Below are positions 19,068 to 29,047 of a stretch of DNA of 64,000 bases, piece by piece (within the stretch, counting starts at the first letter, position 1; each line of letters starts with the position of its first letter). A program made the position numbers and the translations under genes. The notes under the pieces were generated by a model. It ran no database searches. It was given only the letters and a program-made list of their open reading frames with translations, and was not told where the DNA came from. Source of the DNA: Oceanispirochaeta sp. (GTDB lineage Bacteria; Spirochaetota; Spirochaetia; DSM-2461); contig CAXXXD010000002.1 of the NCBI GenBank assembly GCA_963663385.2, positions 352,001 through 416,000 of the forward strand, in the 5' to 3' direction.

Positions 19068-19814
19068 ATGAAATTTCAGGATTGTCCCGAAATCCTCTCT
19101 TTAAGCGGTTCTTTCAAGGAGGGAAAAGATGAGTATTATCATCGGCTGGACTTTTGTTCCCTGATTATGCTGGACGGTTTCTGCCGTTTTGAATCGGAGG
19201 ACTATGTACGGGATATCATTCCCGGCGATATCCTTATTGTCCCCGCCGGACAGTCCCGGATCTACCGTCATCCCCGCTCCCTGAAATGCCGTCACGGCCA
19301 TTTTACTACTGTCAGGCCGCCGGAAAGGATTCTTTTCCACAGAAGCGGGGCGGCTTTCCGGTCCTTTGCCGCCGAATTCGACCGGATAAATCTGATGGAG
19401 CGCAGAAACCGGGGGAGAGCCACCGCCCGTTTCTGGGAACTGCTTCATCGGATCGAAGATCGCACTCCGGGGGAGGGTGCTGAGAGAAACACTGTCCATC
19501 CCGCATTGGCGGAAGCTGTTCGCCATTTGGAGTTCAATTTTCACCGGCCCGTTGATATGGAGGAGTTGGCCAGCATCTGCGGAATCTCCCATAATCAGCT
19601 TATCCGGCTGTTCCGCCGGGAGATGGGCACAACCATCATCGGTTATCTATCCGAAAAACGCCTCTCCCATGCCTACGAGCTGCTGACACAGACCGGACTC
19701 CCGGTTAAGGAAATCCGTTTCAAATGCGGCTACCGGGACAGTCAGTATTTCAACAAGGCCGTACGCCGCCGCTTCGGTCTTTCTCCCACCGCACTGAGAG
19801 TCTCTGTTCTGTAA
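19068..19814 (+). CDS. AraC family transcriptional regulator
   Basis: C-terminal double HTH (ELASICGIS..LIRLF, CGYRDSQYFNKAVRRRFGLSPTALR); cupin-like N-terminus; divergent from the sulfatase. Confidence 0.92.
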   Translation: MKFQDCPEILSLSGSFKEGKDEYYHRLDFCSLIMLDGFCRFESEDYVRDIIPGDILIVPAGQSRIYRHPRSLKCRHGHFTTVRPPERILFHRSGAAFRSFAAEFDRINLMERRNRGRATARFWELLHRIEDRTPGEGAERNTVHPALAEAVRHLEFNFHRPVDMEELASICGISHNQLIRLFRREMGTTIIGYLSEKRLSHAYELLTQTGLPVKEIRFKCGYRDSQYFNKAVRRRFGLSPTALRVSVL

Positions 19815-19971
19815 TCCCGCAGCATGCTCATTGAGGGGAGGAATAGGTATATTCCCGAAATAAATGCGATCAGATGTTTAATAGGCCTTGAAATATGAAA
19901 GAACATGAACTAATTTTTATAATATCGTGGTGTTTATTATATGACCAATGGTATTTCTCAAGGAGAGATGT

Positions 19972-20229
19972 ATGGATTGTGAATGTCTACCGACCTGTCC
20001 TTTCTTTAATGACAAGATGGCAACAAAGCCTTCTTTGGCCAGTCTTATGAAAAAGCAGTACTGCAAAGGGGATTTTAACAGTTGTGCCAGGCATCAGGTT
20101 TTTCTTGCTCTTGGCAAAGAGTCTGTTCCCAAAGACCTCTTCCCCAATCAGGCTGAGAAAGCCCGGGAAATTATTCATACGAAGAATAGTGCTCAGGTTC
20201 CGAATTACCCTGCTTCTTTTCCGCATTAA
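19972..20229 (+). CDS. Small cysteine-rich hypothetical protein (85 aa)
   Basis: AAGGAG RBS before ATG 19972; pattern CECLPTCPFF...YC...CAR...VPKDLFPNQ. Confidence 0.75.
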   Translation: MDCECLPTCPFFNDKMATKPSLASLMKKQYCKGDFNSCARHQVFLALGKESVPKDLFPNQAEKAREIIHTKNSAQVPNYPASFPH

Positions 20230-22324
20230 CAAATATGGTATGAGTCCGGGCGGAGCGGCTGGGAAGGGTCGGTTCTGTAGAGCTTAGTATATTTACAGAG
20301 CCTCCTCTGTCTATCATGCGGCCTTTCCTGTTCTGTAAATGCGGCCAGAGTCCTTCGTTGAGGGACACACAGCCGGGTATTATGTCATCACAGATTTTAA
20401 CCGGCAGTTCCAGGACTCCTTCGGGGCTTTTCAGGCAGATTGTATCTTCCGGTCCTATCTGCCTTGCTTCCGCATCCTTCGGATTCATCCAGACTTTTAA
20501 GTCCTCCTCTTTTCTGAATCCCCCGATATTTCCGAACTGGGAGTGTATACCCTGAAGAGGGTGGGGCGTTATCAGGTAGAGAGGATAAAGGGGATCTTCC
20601 GGGTGGATGGACCGGTTATGGGGGTGGGCTTTATACCCCAGATCCTCCCAGGATTCGGGAGCAATCTCCACCTTCCCCGACGGCGTCTGCAGAGGGTGCT
20701 TCCGCGGGTCCCGGATAAAATCCGAAAAGGCGTTCCGTTCCCGGGCCTCTCCCATATAAATCCCGCTTTTTTTAAACTCCTGCTTATCCGGGATATCAGA
20801 TTGATCCAGTAGAAAATCCAGCCACTCTTTTTCCGATCTGTTCTGTGTGAATTCTGTCCCGTATCCCAATCGCCGGGAGAGCTCTGAAAATATTTGATAA
20901 TCCGTAAGAACCCCTCCGGGAGGCTCTACCGCTTTGGCCGAGTAGAGGAGGAAATTCCCCGCCGGTTTGACCACATCGTTACGCTCCAGGAAGGAGGCAA
21001 CCGGAAAAACAATATCGCAGAGGCCCATGGTGGGGGTTAGAAAGAAGTCATGGCCGATGATCAGTTCCAGTTTCTGAAAGGCCCGGATATTCTTCTGTAT
21101 ATCACTGCCCTGAACCAGAAAATTGCTGCCGGTAATATAGGCCCCTCTAATGGGAGGAATCCCCTTCTGTCCCGACAGGATCACATCAGGCCATTCATAA
21201 ACCGGAAACCCCGGATCAGAATGAGCCGGGACGGGCAGGGAGGGGCAGTAGGGCTGGGGCATTTTACCCCAGAACATCCCGCCCGAGGAGCCGCCTTTTA
21301 TCCCGATATTTCCTGTGGCAAGCTGAAGCGCTGCGGGCATCCTGGTCGCTTCTTCTCCGCCGACGGCCCGTTGGAGAGAGAGCCCGGGAAGAAGGGCCAG
21401 GGGTTTGATCCTGCCCGTCATGTCCGCCAGCTTTTCAATATCTTCCACAGGAACACCGCAGAGGGGAGACGCCCATTCCGGGTTTTTGGGAATCCCGTCC
21501 TCTTTTCCCATAATATACGATTTTAATGCGGGGAAGCCATGGCTGTATTTTTCTATAAACTCATGGTCCTGAAGATCATTTCGAATAAGGTAGTAGAGGA
21601 TGGCTTCCATCAGGGCCGTGTCCCCTCCCGGTTTGATGGGAATCCACCAGGTTCCGAGGGATTTTACAGTTCTTGTGCGGCGCGGATCGATCACAATAAT
21701 GGGAACTCCCCGCTTTTTTGCTTCCATAAGACGGGGGGGCATTTCACAGCCGAAGCGGGTATCAATGGCATTGTATCCCCAGAGGATAATCATTTTGGAG
21801 TGGGCCAGATTCCCCGCATCCATACCGGTCTGTTTTGTGCCGAATACATGGGGCAGGGCAAAGGAGGCTGCGCCGCTGCTGTAGCTGCTCAGATTTCTGG
21901 TTGCTCCGCCCCACTGGGTAAGGAAGCGGGCGGTCTGGGTGGCATTATTATGAAAAACACCACGGCAGGCACCGCCGCTGGAAAGGTCCAGCAGGGATGT
22001 ACATCCCTGTTTCTCTTTGAAATCGGCAAGGCGGGACGCCGCCAGATCCAGAGCTTCCTCCCAGGAGGTTTCTCTGAAATACTGCCGGGCTTCCTCTGCC
22101 GAAGTCAGGACCCGCGGGGCGCCTTCCCTGCGGATAAGCGGTTTTTTCAGACGGTCCGGATGATAGTCCATCAGGTGGGCATGAAAGCCTTTACTGCACC
22201 CCTTCATATAGGGGGTCCCCGCCGGGTTATTGCTGATCCGGATAATCCGGCCCTTATCTACATGCGCCAGGAGAGGGCACCCTCCGCCGCAGTCTTTATT
22301 ACAGGAAACAGGAATAGTCTGCAT
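20171..22324 (-). CDS. Molybdopterin (Mo/W-bisPGD) oxidoreductase, DMSO reductase family, no Tat signal
   Basis: N-terminal 4Fe-4S motif CNKDCGGGC...C.KG; DRLKKPLIR, IDPRRTRT, D.F.TPT...DIVFP...LE, TPSGKVEI and a C-terminal dinucleotide-binding domain. Confidence 0.93.
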   Translation of the reverse strand: MQTIPVSCNKDCGGGCPLLAHVDKGRIIRISNNPAGTPYMKGCSKGFHAHLMDYHPDRLKKPLIRREGAPRVLTSAEEARQYFRETSWEEALDLAASRLADFKEKQGCTSLLDLSSGGACRGVFHNNATQTARFLTQWGGATRNLSSYSSGAASFALPHVFGTKQTGMDAGNLAHSKMIILWGYNAIDTRFGCEMPPRLMEAKKRGVPIIVIDPRRTRTVKSLGTWWIPIKPGGDTALMEAILYYLIRNDLQDHEFIEKYSHGFPALKSYIMGKEDGIPKNPEWASPLCGVPVEDIEKLADMTGRIKPLALLPGLSLQRAVGGEEATRMPAALQLATGNIGIKGGSSGGMFWGKMPQPYCPSLPVPAHSDPGFPVYEWPDVILSGQKGIPPIRGAYITGSNFLVQGSDIQKNIRAFQKLELIIGHDFFLTPTMGLCDIVFPVASFLERNDVVKPAGNFLLYSAKAVEPPGGVLTDYQIFSELSRRLGYGTEFTQNRSEKEWLDFLLDQSDIPDKQEFKKSGIYMGEARERNAFSDFIRDPRKHPLQTPSGKVEIAPESWEDLGYKAHPHNRSIHPEDPLYPLYLITPHPLQGIHSQFGNIGGFRKEEDLKVWMNPKDAEARQIGPEDTICLKSPEGVLELPVKICDDIIPGCVSLNEGLWPHLQNRKGRMIDRGGSVNILSSTEPTLPSRSARTHTIFVNAEKKQGNSEPEHYSSYE

Positions 22325-22343
22325 GGAGGCAGTTTACCCCTAT

Positions 22344-23264
22344 TTAACTGATTTTGGCCAGTTCCACAGCTGTTTCGGCAGCCACTCTGGCGTTATTGAA
22401 TACAAGCTTGATATTGGATGCCAGGCTGTCGCCTCCCGTCAGTTCCGCTACTTTGGCCAGCAGAAACGGGGTGGACTCTTTGCCTTTTATCCCCTTTTCA
22501 GTCATTTCTGCAAGGGCTTTTTCTATGGCCCGGTTTATAACCGTATCGTCCATGGCATCTTTTTCGGGGATCGGATTGGCAATGACAACCCCGCCGCTGA
22601 GCTGCATATCCCATTTAGCCTTCAGGGCTTTTGCCAGATCTTCAGGACTGTCTATACGATAGTCCACATTGAAACCGCTCTTTCTGGTGTAGAAGGAGGG
22701 CATCTCCTCTGTACCGTATCCCACAACGGGAACACCGTTTGTTTCAAGGTATTCGAGGGTCAGTCCTATATCCAGGATGGATTTGGCTCCCGCGCAGAAT
22801 ACGGCTACATCTGTGCCGGCCAGTTCCTGCAGATCCGCGGAAATATCGAATGTTTCCTGGGCGCCTCTATGCACTCCCCCGATTCCCCCTGTGGCAAATA
22901 CTTTAATACCGGCCATAGCGGCTATAATCATGGTGGATGCAACGGTTGTCGCCCCGTCTGCTCCGGATGATACGATAAAAGGGATATCCCTCCGGCTGAC
23001 CTTTGCTACACCCTGTCCGGCTTTGCCGAGATAGTCCAGTTCTTCCGGTAGCAGGCCTGCTTTTAACCGGCCTTTCAGAATAGCAATAGTAGCCGGTACG
23101 GCCCCGTTTTTTCTTATGATGCTTTCTACTTCTTTGGCCGTTTCCACATTCTGGGGGTAGGGCATCCCATGGGATATTATGGTAGATTCAAGAGCCACAA
23201 CGGGCTTTCCTTCTTTAAGGGCTTTTTTTACTTCCGGTGCAATGTCCAGGTATGTGTTGTTCAT
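22344..23264 (-). CDS. psuG: Pseudouridine-5'-phosphate glycosidase
   Basis: [42 protein letters not shown] and GAKSILD. Confidence 0.97.
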   Translation of the reverse strand: MNNTYLDIAPEVKKALKEGKPVVALESTIISHGMPYPQNVETAKEVESIIRKNGAVPATIAILKGRLKAGLLPEELDYLGKAGQGVAKVSRRDIPFIVSSGADGATTVASTMIIAAMAGIKVFATGGIGGVHRGAQETFDISADLQELAGTDVAVFCAGAKSILDIGLTLEYLETNGVPVVGYGTEEMPSFYTRKSGFNVDYRIDSPEDLAKALKAKWDMQLSGGVVIANPIPEKDAMDDTVINRAIEKALAEMTEKGIKGKESTPFLLAKVAELTGGDSLASNIKLVFNNARVAAETAVELAKIS

Positions 23265-24362
23265 TCAGTTATTCTCCTTGATATATTGGTCTATTTTCTG
23301 AGCCGAAATATTCGGATTGATGGTGTCTTCATGAATCATTGTCAGAGCTGAGCATCCCAGGGCAAAGCGGATGGCGTCTACCGTCGGATACTCTTCCATC
23401 CAGGTATAGGCCAGACCCGCCATAAACGCATCTCCAGCCCCTGTGGCATTGACAGGATTTCCCGGCAGAGGCAGGTTGGGCATCCGGATCTCCTCTGTTT
23501 CGCTCCTGTAAAATACTCCTTCCTCTCCCAGACTGATTATAACTCGTTTAATTCCTGCGGTTATCAGTTTTTCAGCTGCTCTTTTCAAATCAGTATTACT
23601 CTTTATCCGGATCCCCGAGAGTATTTCAGCTTCCAGTCTGTTAGGCTTTATGGTATGAATCCGGGAAAGGGAACTATTGAGGCGGGGCGCTTTGGCAGCA
23701 GAAACACAGTCTGCAAAGATAGGAATATCCCTATGATTATCTGTTATCCAGTACAGTAGCTCTTCCGGGAGGTTGGCATCCAGAATTATCAGTGCCGCAT
23801 TTTTTAAAAGCCTTTCCCTGGATTGTATATAGTCGGTATCGAAGCGGTTTATTATATCCATATGATTAATGGCAACCGCCATATCTCCATCCCCGTCCAA
23901 TATGGAAAGGTAGGTGGAACTGCTTGCTTCCGGGATCCGTTTGATATGGTTCATATCCACACCGGCCGCTTCGCTGGTTTCAAGAATCTCCCTGGCGTAA
24001 AGGTCTCCTCCCAGAAGGGTAAGGAGCTTGACGTCTCCTCCCAGGCGGGCCAGGTTTTCCGCAATATTTCTGCCGACTCCCCCGCAGGAGAGCTTTACTG
24101 TTCCGGGGTTGGAGTCTTTCAGAACCAGCGGAGCAGCGGGAAAGCCCTGTATATCCATATTGGCTCCGCCGATGGTTACGGCGTAATTCTTCTCTTTCAG
24201 AATATAGCCTTTCCCTTTTATATACCCCTTGTCCGTCAGGTTCATAATATGACCGGCAACAGACGAGCGGGTAATCCCCAGTCTGTGAGCCAGTTCCTTC
24301 TGGGAGATCAGAGGATTTGTGCTTAGAATCTTTAATATTTCCTGTTCTCTGTTTGTTGCCAT
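23265..24362 (-). CDS. psuK: Pseudouridine kinase with N-terminal HTH (PfkB family)
   Basis: HTH SQKELAHRLGITRSSVAGHIMNL; IGGANMD, DSNPG, GGVGRNIAENL and NATGAGDAF; abuts psuG. Confidence 0.92.
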   Translation of the reverse strand: MATNREQEILKILSTNPLISQKELAHRLGITRSSVAGHIMNLTDKGYIKGKGYILKEKNYAVTIGGANMDIQGFPAAPLVLKDSNPGTVKLSCGGVGRNIAENLARLGGDVKLLTLLGGDLYAREILETSEAAGVDMNHIKRIPEASSSTYLSILDGDGDMAVAINHMDIINRFDTDYIQSRERLLKNAALIILDANLPEELLYWITDNHRDIPIFADCVSAAKAPRLNSSLSRIHTIKPNRLEAEILSGIRIKSNTDLKRAAEKLITAGIKRVIISLGEEGVFYRSETEEIRMPNLPLPGNPVNATGAGDAFMAGLAYTWMEEYPTVDAIRFALGCSALTMIHEDTINPNISAQKIDQYIKENN

Positions 24363-24374
24363 TTTATCAGCTTT

Positions 24375-24390
24375 GCAAACATATGTTTGC
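24375..24390. promoter_or_regulatory. Perfect 16-bp palindromic operator candidate upstream of psuK
   Basis: GCAAACATATGTTTGC is its own reverse complement and lies 12 bp from the psuK start. Confidence 0.7.
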
Positions 24391-24498
24391 TGTGTGGAAT
24401 TATGTTTATCAGTTTAGCGAAGGATGTCTCGGGCATCAAGTGAGGAAATTGTTTTTTTTGAGAAAAATCCTGAACCTTAATCTAGTATAATATGAAGT

Positions 24499-25014
24499 AT
24501 GGAACAGAAAGATAAAATCTATGAACCCCTACTGGATATTGAGAATGTTCTGCCTATTCTGAGTCGAATTTCTTTATTTGGCGGGTTGGATGACAGGGAG
24601 CTGGGGCTTCTTTTCCGAAATCTTGAAAAAGTCCGTTACCGGAAGGGGGAAGTTATTTTTCAACAGGGGCAGCAGGCCCGTTACATTTATATCGTCCGGA
24701 GCGGTCGGGTTAAATTGTATGTTGAAGAAAAACAGACAGCTCTGGAACTGTATGAACTGGGTGTCGGGATGAGCTTTGGAGAAACCTCGCTTATAGGGAT
24801 TCAGCCTCAATCGGCCAATACCATTGCAATCGAAGATACGGAGCTGATTGTTATATCCGGCCATTCCCTTAATCAGATGTATAAAAGCGATGTGAGTCTT
24901 TTTTCAAAAATTGTGCTGAATATTGCCCGGGAAAGCTGCCGGCGTTTAATCAAAACCGATGATATCCTTCTCCATTATGTCTTGAAAGAGAAGGAGGAGG
25001 GAGTGGTAAACTGA
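24499..25014 (+). CDS. Standalone cyclic nucleotide-binding domain protein
   Basis: KGEVIFQQG, YIVRSGRV and FGETSL...QSAN; too short for a Crp HTH. Confidence 0.88.
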   Translation: MEQKDKIYEPLLDIENVLPILSRISLFGGLDDRELGLLFRNLEKVRYRKGEVIFQQGQQARYIYIVRSGRVKLYVEEKQTALELYELGVGMSFGETSLIGIQPQSANTIAIEDTELIVISGHSLNQMYKSDVSLFSKIVLNIARESCRRLIKTDDILLHYVLKEKEEGVVN

Positions 25015-25027
25015 TTGCTGATTTTTC

Positions 25028-25954
25028 TTACCACAACAGAAAGAGAACAGGAAGGCCTATCAGAAAAAACACGGTGGATACCGTAATGGCATGGGCAACA
25101 AACTCCGAATCAAGACCAAACATATCGCTTACAACTATAGGCATGATTCCCAGAGGGGCCAGGGAGTTGATAACCAGAACTTTTGAGGATATTTCATCGT
25201 AAACAGGCAGTTTTATCATGAACACGGTTACCCCCGTCCACAGTATTGCCCGGACTATCAGGTAAGGGAGCAGAGACAGGGTCGATTTGAAAGCATCTCT
25301 CAGGGAAATCGAGAGACCCAGGCAATAGAGTGTCAGAGGAATTCCCATACTTCCGAAGCTCTCTGTAAAATCTGCCAGCCAGTCGGGTATCACCGTCTCC
25401 GTAATACCGAGAATCAGACCGACAGCTATCATGCCGAGAACGGGTATAAGGTTACAGGCTATCTCTTTTTTATCAAGATCATGAGTTTTATGCAGGCCGA
25501 ATACAAATAATGTGGCAAAGGCATATGCCATCAGAAACGGCCAGTAGAATGCCGAATAGAAGATCCCTCTCTGCAGACCGGCCGGTCCGATCATGATGTC
25601 ATGAAGCTTCCAGCAGATATGTCCGATATTTCCGGCATAGATCATCAGGAGCAGCTCTGCCCTGTACCGGGCGAACCAGGGATGCCCTCCCGCCAGTTTC
25701 AGCAGCCCCCAGGATATAGACCAGATGATCCCCATAAAGAAAAAAAGGCTAAAGGAGAGAGGGATAAACTGTCCTGCCGTTGACAGGTCAATGAGTCTGA
25801 GTGAATTGAATACCATAAACGGGATGGCGACCCTGGTGGCAAAGCGCTGAATCACCGGTCTGTGTCCCGGATGCACAAAATTGCCGTTACGGCTGAGAAT
25901 CCCCAGAATGACGGGAAGGAATATTCCTGTAAAAGCATTTAAAAGCAGCTGCAC
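25028..25954 (-). CDS. AEC (auxin efflux carrier) family transporter
   Basis: About 10 TM segments; P...F.S, GN.G, IPL.L..LG and AITVST patterns; GTG start. Confidence 0.85.
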   Translation of the reverse strand: MQLLLNAFTGIFLPVILGILSRNGNFVHPGHRPVIQRFATRVAIPFMVFNSLRLIDLSTAGQFIPLSFSLFFFMGIIWSISWGLLKLAGGHPWFARYRAELLLMIYAGNIGHICWKLHDIMIGPAGLQRGIFYSAFYWPFLMAYAFATLFVFGLHKTHDLDKKEIACNLIPVLGMIAVGLILGITETVIPDWLADFTESFGSMGIPLTLYCLGLSISLRDAFKSTLSLLPYLIVRAILWTGVTVFMIKLPVYDEISSKVLVINSLAPLGIMPIVVSDMFGLDSEFVAHAITVSTVFFLIGLPVLFLLW

Positions 25955-26100
25955 TACCGCTCATTCAACAGGTATACGGCCTGACAGTCAAGAGAGGGCT
26001 GTTCATCTATTGAAAAAGTAAATTTGTAATTTATCCATACGTTTACTATTCTTTAGATAAATAATGAATAGTTATTATATTAATTGAAAGAGAAGGGCAG

Positions 26101-28950
26101 ATGAATAGTCATAATAATAGGATGTTTAATTCCTGGAAGATTATTACAATTTGTATTGTTACTGCTTTTATTCCTCTTTATACTCTGATTCTAAACTCAG
26201 CACTTGGAATAACCGACCAATATAATCGTTTCATGGAGAAGTATTATACAACTCTGACAGAGAAAGCCTGTTTTGAAGTTTCCCGTATTATATACAGGGG
26301 GAGCTACTCTCTTGAACTGTTTTCAGAAAATCCTGTAGTACGAAATCCTCATTCCTCCCTGTCCGGGTTGAAAGACGAAATCATCCGGTTTCAGAAAAGA
26401 TGCCCTGTTTTGCAGAATCTCTACTGTCTTGATTCCCGGGGGAATCTGCAGGCCGCTTTATCGGGTTCTCTACCGGAAATCTGGAGAGAGATGGAGTGGT
26501 TCCGGGAAGGTGTAAGCGGTATTGCCGGCGTTTTTAATACCGGGGATTCTGCCCGGAATACTCATCTTGTTGTGACCCAGCCTGTCCTGAATGACGATAA
26601 TGAGGTAAGCAGGGTTCTTATTGGAGTTCTGGGGAATAAGCCTATCAGTGCCATCTCGGAAAAATACCGGAATGATTCCGCTGTTTATCTTCTTTTGAGT
26701 CAGGAAGCCGGCTACCTTTTCCTGTCCGGTTCCGATGAAGAACTTCCTCTGCCTGATAGTCATAGAAGCCTCCTGATGGACCGTAATGAACAGGAACCGA
26801 AAATAACCGTTTTTCTAAAGGACAGTAAGAAATATCATGCTATCTCATCTGTCATCCTGTTCAGAAACAGGAATCAGGATCCTTTGACTCTCAGTTTGAT
26901 AATGCCGGAAAAAGCATATTATGGTGTTCTATACAGAAATCGTCTCCTTTTTATCATTTTTCTTCCTTTATCAGTTCTGCCTCTTATAGCTTTTCAGCTC
27001 CTTTCGGGCAGAAAACTGAAAAAGCGTCTGGATAATATCGGACTGGCTGTTGAATACCTGGCTTCGGGAGAGTGCTGCGAATGTATTACCGATGAAGGGG
27101 ATGATAAGATTACGGATCTCCTGGATAAGGTACATCAGGCCTACAAACTGCTGGCGCAGGCAAGAAATGAACGCCGGGAGGCACTGGATTCGCTGACCGA
27201 AGCCAATCAATACCTGTCAGAAAGCAATCAGAGATTCCAGTTAGCAGTCGAAGGGGCTAACGATGCCATATGGGATTGGGATATTGAAAAAGATGAACTG
27301 TATATTTCCCGGCGTTGGAGCAGTCTTCTCGGAATAGATGGTAATTTCGAAGCTACCGGGATAGAGGACTGGTATAACTGTATTATCCCGGAAGACAGGG
27401 CGCGTGTCCGGCAGGTTCTGCAGGATCACCTTAATGGGGAAACACCGCTTTTCAATGCAGAATACAGGATTATGAATAAGAAGACCGGCATGCGCTGGAT
27501 TCTCAGCCGGGGGCTGGCCTCGAAAAGTGAGGATAACAGGGATGTCCGCATGTCCGGTTCCCACTCGGATATTACAGTAGGGCGGCAGCTGCAGGAAAAG
27601 CTGCATTTCAATGCCTTTCACGATGATCTGACCCATTTGCCCAACCGGATGAAACTGAAAGACCGTATTGAGGAGTCCATACTGCGGAAGCAGCGGGACG
27701 ATAGTTATCAGTTCGCCCTGCTATACCTTGATTATGATGGTTTCAAACATATCAATGATTCTTTTGGACACGGTGTCGGAGATCACCTACTGATTTCCAT
27801 AGCCGAAAGGCTGACCCATTGTGTCCGTCCCCTGGATCTGATATCCCGCTTCGGAGGGGATGAATTTGTTATCCTGCTGGACGGTGTCGGCGGAAGAGTA
27901 AATGTTCAGACTATCCTCGAGAGGATGATGGCAGAAATGAGAAGGCCTTTCGAGATTGATGGGCATACCCTTTTTATTACCGTCAGTATTGGTGTGGCCG
28001 GACTGGAAGGGGAAGACCAGAACTCTCCCGATGAGATTATCCAGAAAGCAGATATAGCCATGTACAGAGCCAAGAATGAAGGGAAGGCACAGGTCATCTA
28101 TTATGAATCCTCCATGGGTTCCTTCGAAAAGCGCCGGTGGTTTCTTGAGAATGAGATGCACAAGGCGTTGGGGACCCACTGTATGCAGGTTCATTACCAG
28201 CCTGTTGTTTCTGCCAATGCAGGATTCATATACGGAATGGAAGCCCTTATCCGGTGGAATCATCTGGATCAGGGATATGTATCACCGGCAGAGTTCATAC
28301 CTATTGCAGAGGAATCCGGATTTATCAATCAGATTACCCGGTGGCTGCTTTTTCAGGTGTGTCAGCAGGCTGTTCTGCTGAATTATAAAAACGACTATCA
28401 GGATCCTATACGAATTGCCATGAATGTTTCGTCACGGGACTTTCTTACAGCTGAAGGTCTGGATACCATTATTCATGACGGTTTGCAGAATACGGGCTGC
28501 CAGCCCGAGTGGATCGCTGTGGAAGTAACCGAAGGAACCCTGATTAAGGATTTTGATATTGTGTCCCGGCAGCTGAAGCAGATTTCCGAAATGGGGATTC
28601 TGATCGAACTGGATGATTTCGGAACAGGTTATTCATCCCTTTCCTACCTTAACCGATTCCCTCTGGCCATTCTGAAGGTTGACCGGTCTTTCATTATAAC
28701 CATGGAAGAATCCGAGTCCAGCAGGAAGCTTGTCAGGACTATTATCCATATGGCAAAAGACCTTGGCATGCGGACAATCGCCGAAGGGGTTGAGATGGAA
28801 TCGCAGCGGAAGCTGCTGGAAGATATGGGCTGTGATTTTATTCAGGGGTATCTTATCGCTAAACCGCTTTCGGATCTGGAGGTGTCCGGTTTTCTGTCCA
28901 GCTGGTTCTGGGAACGGTCAAGTCAGTCCCGGAATATTCAGTTCGGATAA
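26101..28950 (+). CDS. Membrane sensor diguanylate cyclase/phosphodiesterase (Cache-like, HAMP, PAS, GGDEF, EAL)
   Basis: Two TM segments; PAS region AIWDWD; HDDLTHLPNR; RPLD I-site with GGDEF; EALIRW and DDFGTGYSSLSYL. Confidence 0.95.
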   Translation: MNSHNNRMFNSWKIITICIVTAFIPLYTLILNSALGITDQYNRFMEKYYTTLTEKACFEVSRIIYRGSYSLELFSENPVVRNPHSSLSGLKDEIIRFQKRCPVLQNLYCLDSRGNLQAALSGSLPEIWREMEWFREGVSGIAGVFNTGDSARNTHLVVTQPVLNDDNEVSRVLIGVLGNKPISAISEKYRNDSAVYLLLSQEAGYLFLSGSDEELPLPDSHRSLLMDRNEQEPKITVFLKDSKKYHAISSVILFRNRNQDPLTLSLIMPEKAYYGVLYRNRLLFIIFLPLSVLPLIAFQLLSGRKLKKRLDNIGLAVEYLASGECCECITDEGDDKITDLLDKVHQAYKLLAQARNERREALDSLTEANQYLSESNQRFQLAVEGANDAIWDWDIEKDELYISRRWSSLLGIDGNFEATGIEDWYNCIIPEDRARVRQVLQDHLNGETPLFNAEYRIMNKKTGMRWILSRGLASKSEDNRDVRMSGSHSDITVGRQLQEKLHFNAFHDDLTHLPNRMKLKDRIEESILRKQRDDSYQFALLYLDYDGFKHINDSFGHGVGDHLLISIAERLTHCVRPLDLISRFGGDEFVILLDGVGGRVNVQTILERMMAEMRRPFEIDGHTLFITVSIGVAGLEGEDQNSPDEIIQKADIAMYRAKNEGKAQVIYYESSMGSFEKRRWFLENEMHKALGTHCMQVHYQPVVSANAGFIYGMEALIRWNHLDQGYVSPAEFIPIAEESGFINQITRWLLFQVCQQAVLLNYKNDYQDPIRIAMNVSSRDFLTAEGLDTIIHDGLQNTGCQPEWIAVEVTEGTLIKDFDIVSRQLKQISEMGILIELDDFGTGYSSLSYLNRFPLAILKVDRSFIITMEESESSRKLVRTIIHMAKDLGMRTIAEGVEMESQRKLLEDMGCDFIQGYLIAKPLSDLEVSGFLSSWFWERSSQSRNIQFG

Positions 28951-28964
28951 ACTTTAGAATTAAT

Positions 28965-29010
28965 TTGACATATGCTCATATGGGAGGTAAGATTAACTTG
29001 TCTGATAAGT
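28965..29010 (+). promoter_or_regulatory. Sigma70 promoter and FadR-type operator
   Basis: TTGACA (28965-28970), 17 bp, TAAGAT (28988-28993). Imperfect palindrome ACTTGTCTGATAAGT (28996-29010). Confidence 0.7.
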
Positions 29011-29047
29011 AGACATCATAAGAGTAGATGATTAAAGGTGTGATTGA

